A stretch of DNA of 64,000 bases from Octopus vulgaris (Eukaryota), in the NCBI GenBank assembly GCA_951406725.2, contig OX597821.1, positions 33,666,001-33,730,000 of the forward strand. The letters run 5' to 3'. A model generated the notes under the pieces. That model was not told the DNA's origin. It worked only from the letters and a program-made list of their open reading frames with translations, and made no database searches. Made by a program: the position numbers and the translations under genes. Below are positions 61,767 to 64,000 of this stretch, piece after piece (within the stretch, counting starts at the first letter, position 1; each line of letters begins with the position of its first letter).

Positions 61767-62926
61767 TGAGGTGGTATCAAAAAGTTCCAGAACTCTCTCT
61801 GTCTTTCGGAGAGGCACAAGCATCTACACGCACATATGCATACACGGCAGTAACTTCCGCCTACCGAATTCAATCACAAATGATCTCAACAATGGTGTTA
61901 AAATGGTGACCTTTGAGCTGCATTTTCATCTTGGGGAAGAGATGGAAGTTTGTCAAGTGCTAAATTTGGCGAATAGGGCAGGTGCAGAAGCGATACCATG
62001 TTGTTTTTGGTGATAAGCTTGTGAGTGAGGAGAGCTTGGTGGAGAATCCACTTCTTCGCACTCCACAGATCCGGTCTCTTTCGCTGAATGTCTTCCCTCA
62101 AACTCTTCAAAACGTTGCAATAGAATTCTTGATTGACGGTTTGGCCCAGGAGGATGAATTCTCAATGCACAATACCACATTTCCGGGCTTGATGCTTGTG
62201 AAAGGTCTTCTAGATCACTCACTGTCTTCCAGGGACATTCTTCCACTTTTAAAGTGCCCATGTCACTCAAAACATTACTTCATCGCCATAAGCTTACCAA
62301 AGCATGCTCAATGTCTTTGTAGCAGATTTTCCAAGTTTAACGCAAGATTTCATGTTGGCTCTTTGTTCCTGTCCATGACAAAATTGCAGACTACAGCATA
62401 CATCATCATCATCATCATCATCATTGTTTAACATCCGCTTTCCATGCTAGCATGGGTTGGACGGTTTGACTGAGGACTGGCTGCACCAGGCTCTAATCTT
62501 GATCTGGCAGAGTTTCTACAGCTGATTGCCCTTCCTAACGCCAACCACTCCGAGAGTGTAGTGGGTGCTTTTACTAGCCACCTGCACGGGGGCCTGTCAG
62601 GGGTTACTGGCAACGGCCACGCTCAAATGGTGTTTTTTTACGTGCCAGCTGCACAAGAGCCAGTCCAGCAGCACTGGCAACGACCACGCTCGAATGTTTT
62701 TTTACGTGCCTCCGGCACAAGTGCCAGTAAAGCGATGCTGGTAATGATCACGCTTGAATGGTACTGTTTACATGCCACCGGCCCATGTGATCGCAAAAAC
62801 ACAAATTTCACAACTTGCGAAGTAAACACAGCGATGTCACTCAGTACATTGCCTCATGAAGGTCAATTCTCCCATTGCGCATGCAACTATAGAACTAGTC
62901 CAGGAACTTTTCCATTCCGCCTTGTG
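61767..62926 (-). mobile_element. Decayed mariner transposon with transposase pseudogene, interrupted by a retroelement at 62401-62782
   Basis: Minus frames give LREDIQRKRPDLW..KKWILH..HLPYSPNLA (cf. mariner HPPYSPDLAP). Imperfect TIRs tgaggtggtatcaaaaagttcc (61767) and ggaacttttccattccgccttgt (62903-62925). A TA precedes the left TIR. Confidence 0.85.
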
Positions 62927-64000
62927 CAAGTAACTGGAATCTTCCCAGTTTCTGAGTATAGTTGTTGGATGGATACAAAAACGTGACCAATGGTAGCCCA
63001 TAATCCTGTGAATCCTGTTACTGAAGGAATTTAGCCTAGGGAGGGGAGCCTAATAAATTTTTGATTAGAGAGGGTAAAAAGCCCTTCTCCATTTTACATT
63101 TCCAGTTTACATCACCATATGTTCAGAATGGTAGTAAACAAAGATAATAACACTAGGGAACACATATTTTAGTGAATGGTATCTGACACTTGATTCTAAG
63201 TAATTTGGGTGCACTGAATACGAATTTCAACTCGGCTTGGCTCTATCAGGTCCTGATTCTTGTCAACTTATGTGCCATTTTCTAGATTTTTCAAATTAGG
63301 ACTAAAAAATTAAGTCATGTGTTCAAATTTATTTTCAAGTTTCATAAATACAAGCTGTTCAAACTACTGTAAAATTGCTTTATAACAATAGAAATGACTT
63401 GAAATAAAATAAAAAAAAATAAAGAGATATGAAACGTTCACTCTGACAAAAATTTTCTTTTATAACACTTTCTAGTGTATTTGCTTGTTGTCTCTTTTCA
63501 AGCACCAACAATTATAATTATTGCATTATGTCCTTCAGTAAGATGTAGAACTTGTGATTGCTCTAGTTGGCAAACTGGGATAAGTCTTCATGACATGAGG
63601 AAAGAGAAAACATCCTGAAGTTACCAACGTCACTAGCAAAGCTGTTCGTTGGCTATACGACACTTTTTTAATGTTTATCATTGCACTGTCCTAAACATGA
63701 AAAAAAAAAAAAGAGTTCTTTGTCTGATGAAAAACTTTGCTTTTAACATCAAGATCCTTGTCTTCCTACAGCATTTATTCAAATTTGAGAACTTACCAAA
63801 TTACTTTCTACATTCAGTACATACTGTAAAGTGGTTGGCATTAGAAAGGGCATCCAGATGTAGAAAGCACACCAGACCTGATCCTGGAATATGATGCAGT
63901 ACTTGGACCCATCAGATCTAGTTAAGCCATTCAGCGATGTCAGCATAGAACATTGATGTTAAACAATGATGATAAATTATTTTTAGCCTTCTTGGATCCT

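Overview
This is AT-rich, repeat-dense eukaryotic DNA, not prokaryotic: there are no operons, rRNA genes or CRISPR arrays. The tRNA-derived SINE families, RTE LINE debris, MITEs and abundant (AT)n/(GT)n/(CAT)n microsatellites suggest a mollusc, most likely an octopus; this is an inference from recalled repeat families and was not searched. I can support only one host gene: an uninterrupted 71-aa ORF at 38123-38338 (+) encoding a divergent heterotrimeric G-protein gamma subunit (GGL fold). Its C-terminus (CILCLK) is not a canonical CaaX box. It follows a long polypyrimidine tract and lies between two inverted SINE copies. A probable non-coding exon lies at 14079-14137. The rest is mobile DNA: at least four SINE families, RTE and R4/Dong-type LINE fragments, a decayed mariner, and hAT-, piggyBac-, Merlin-, Tc/pogo- and Helentron-like non-autonomous elements, many with readable target-site duplications (TSDs) and nesting. 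Less obvious signals are a Penelope-type minimal hammerhead ribozyme remnant (48584-48663, -), a Merlin-like MITE carrying a telomere-like G-quadruplex that is deleted in one copy, a 26-bp minisatellite amplified from a retroelement module, and several fold-back structures that could be ADAR substrates. Almost all other ORFs in the track are repeat or low-complexity artefacts. All identifications were made by eye.
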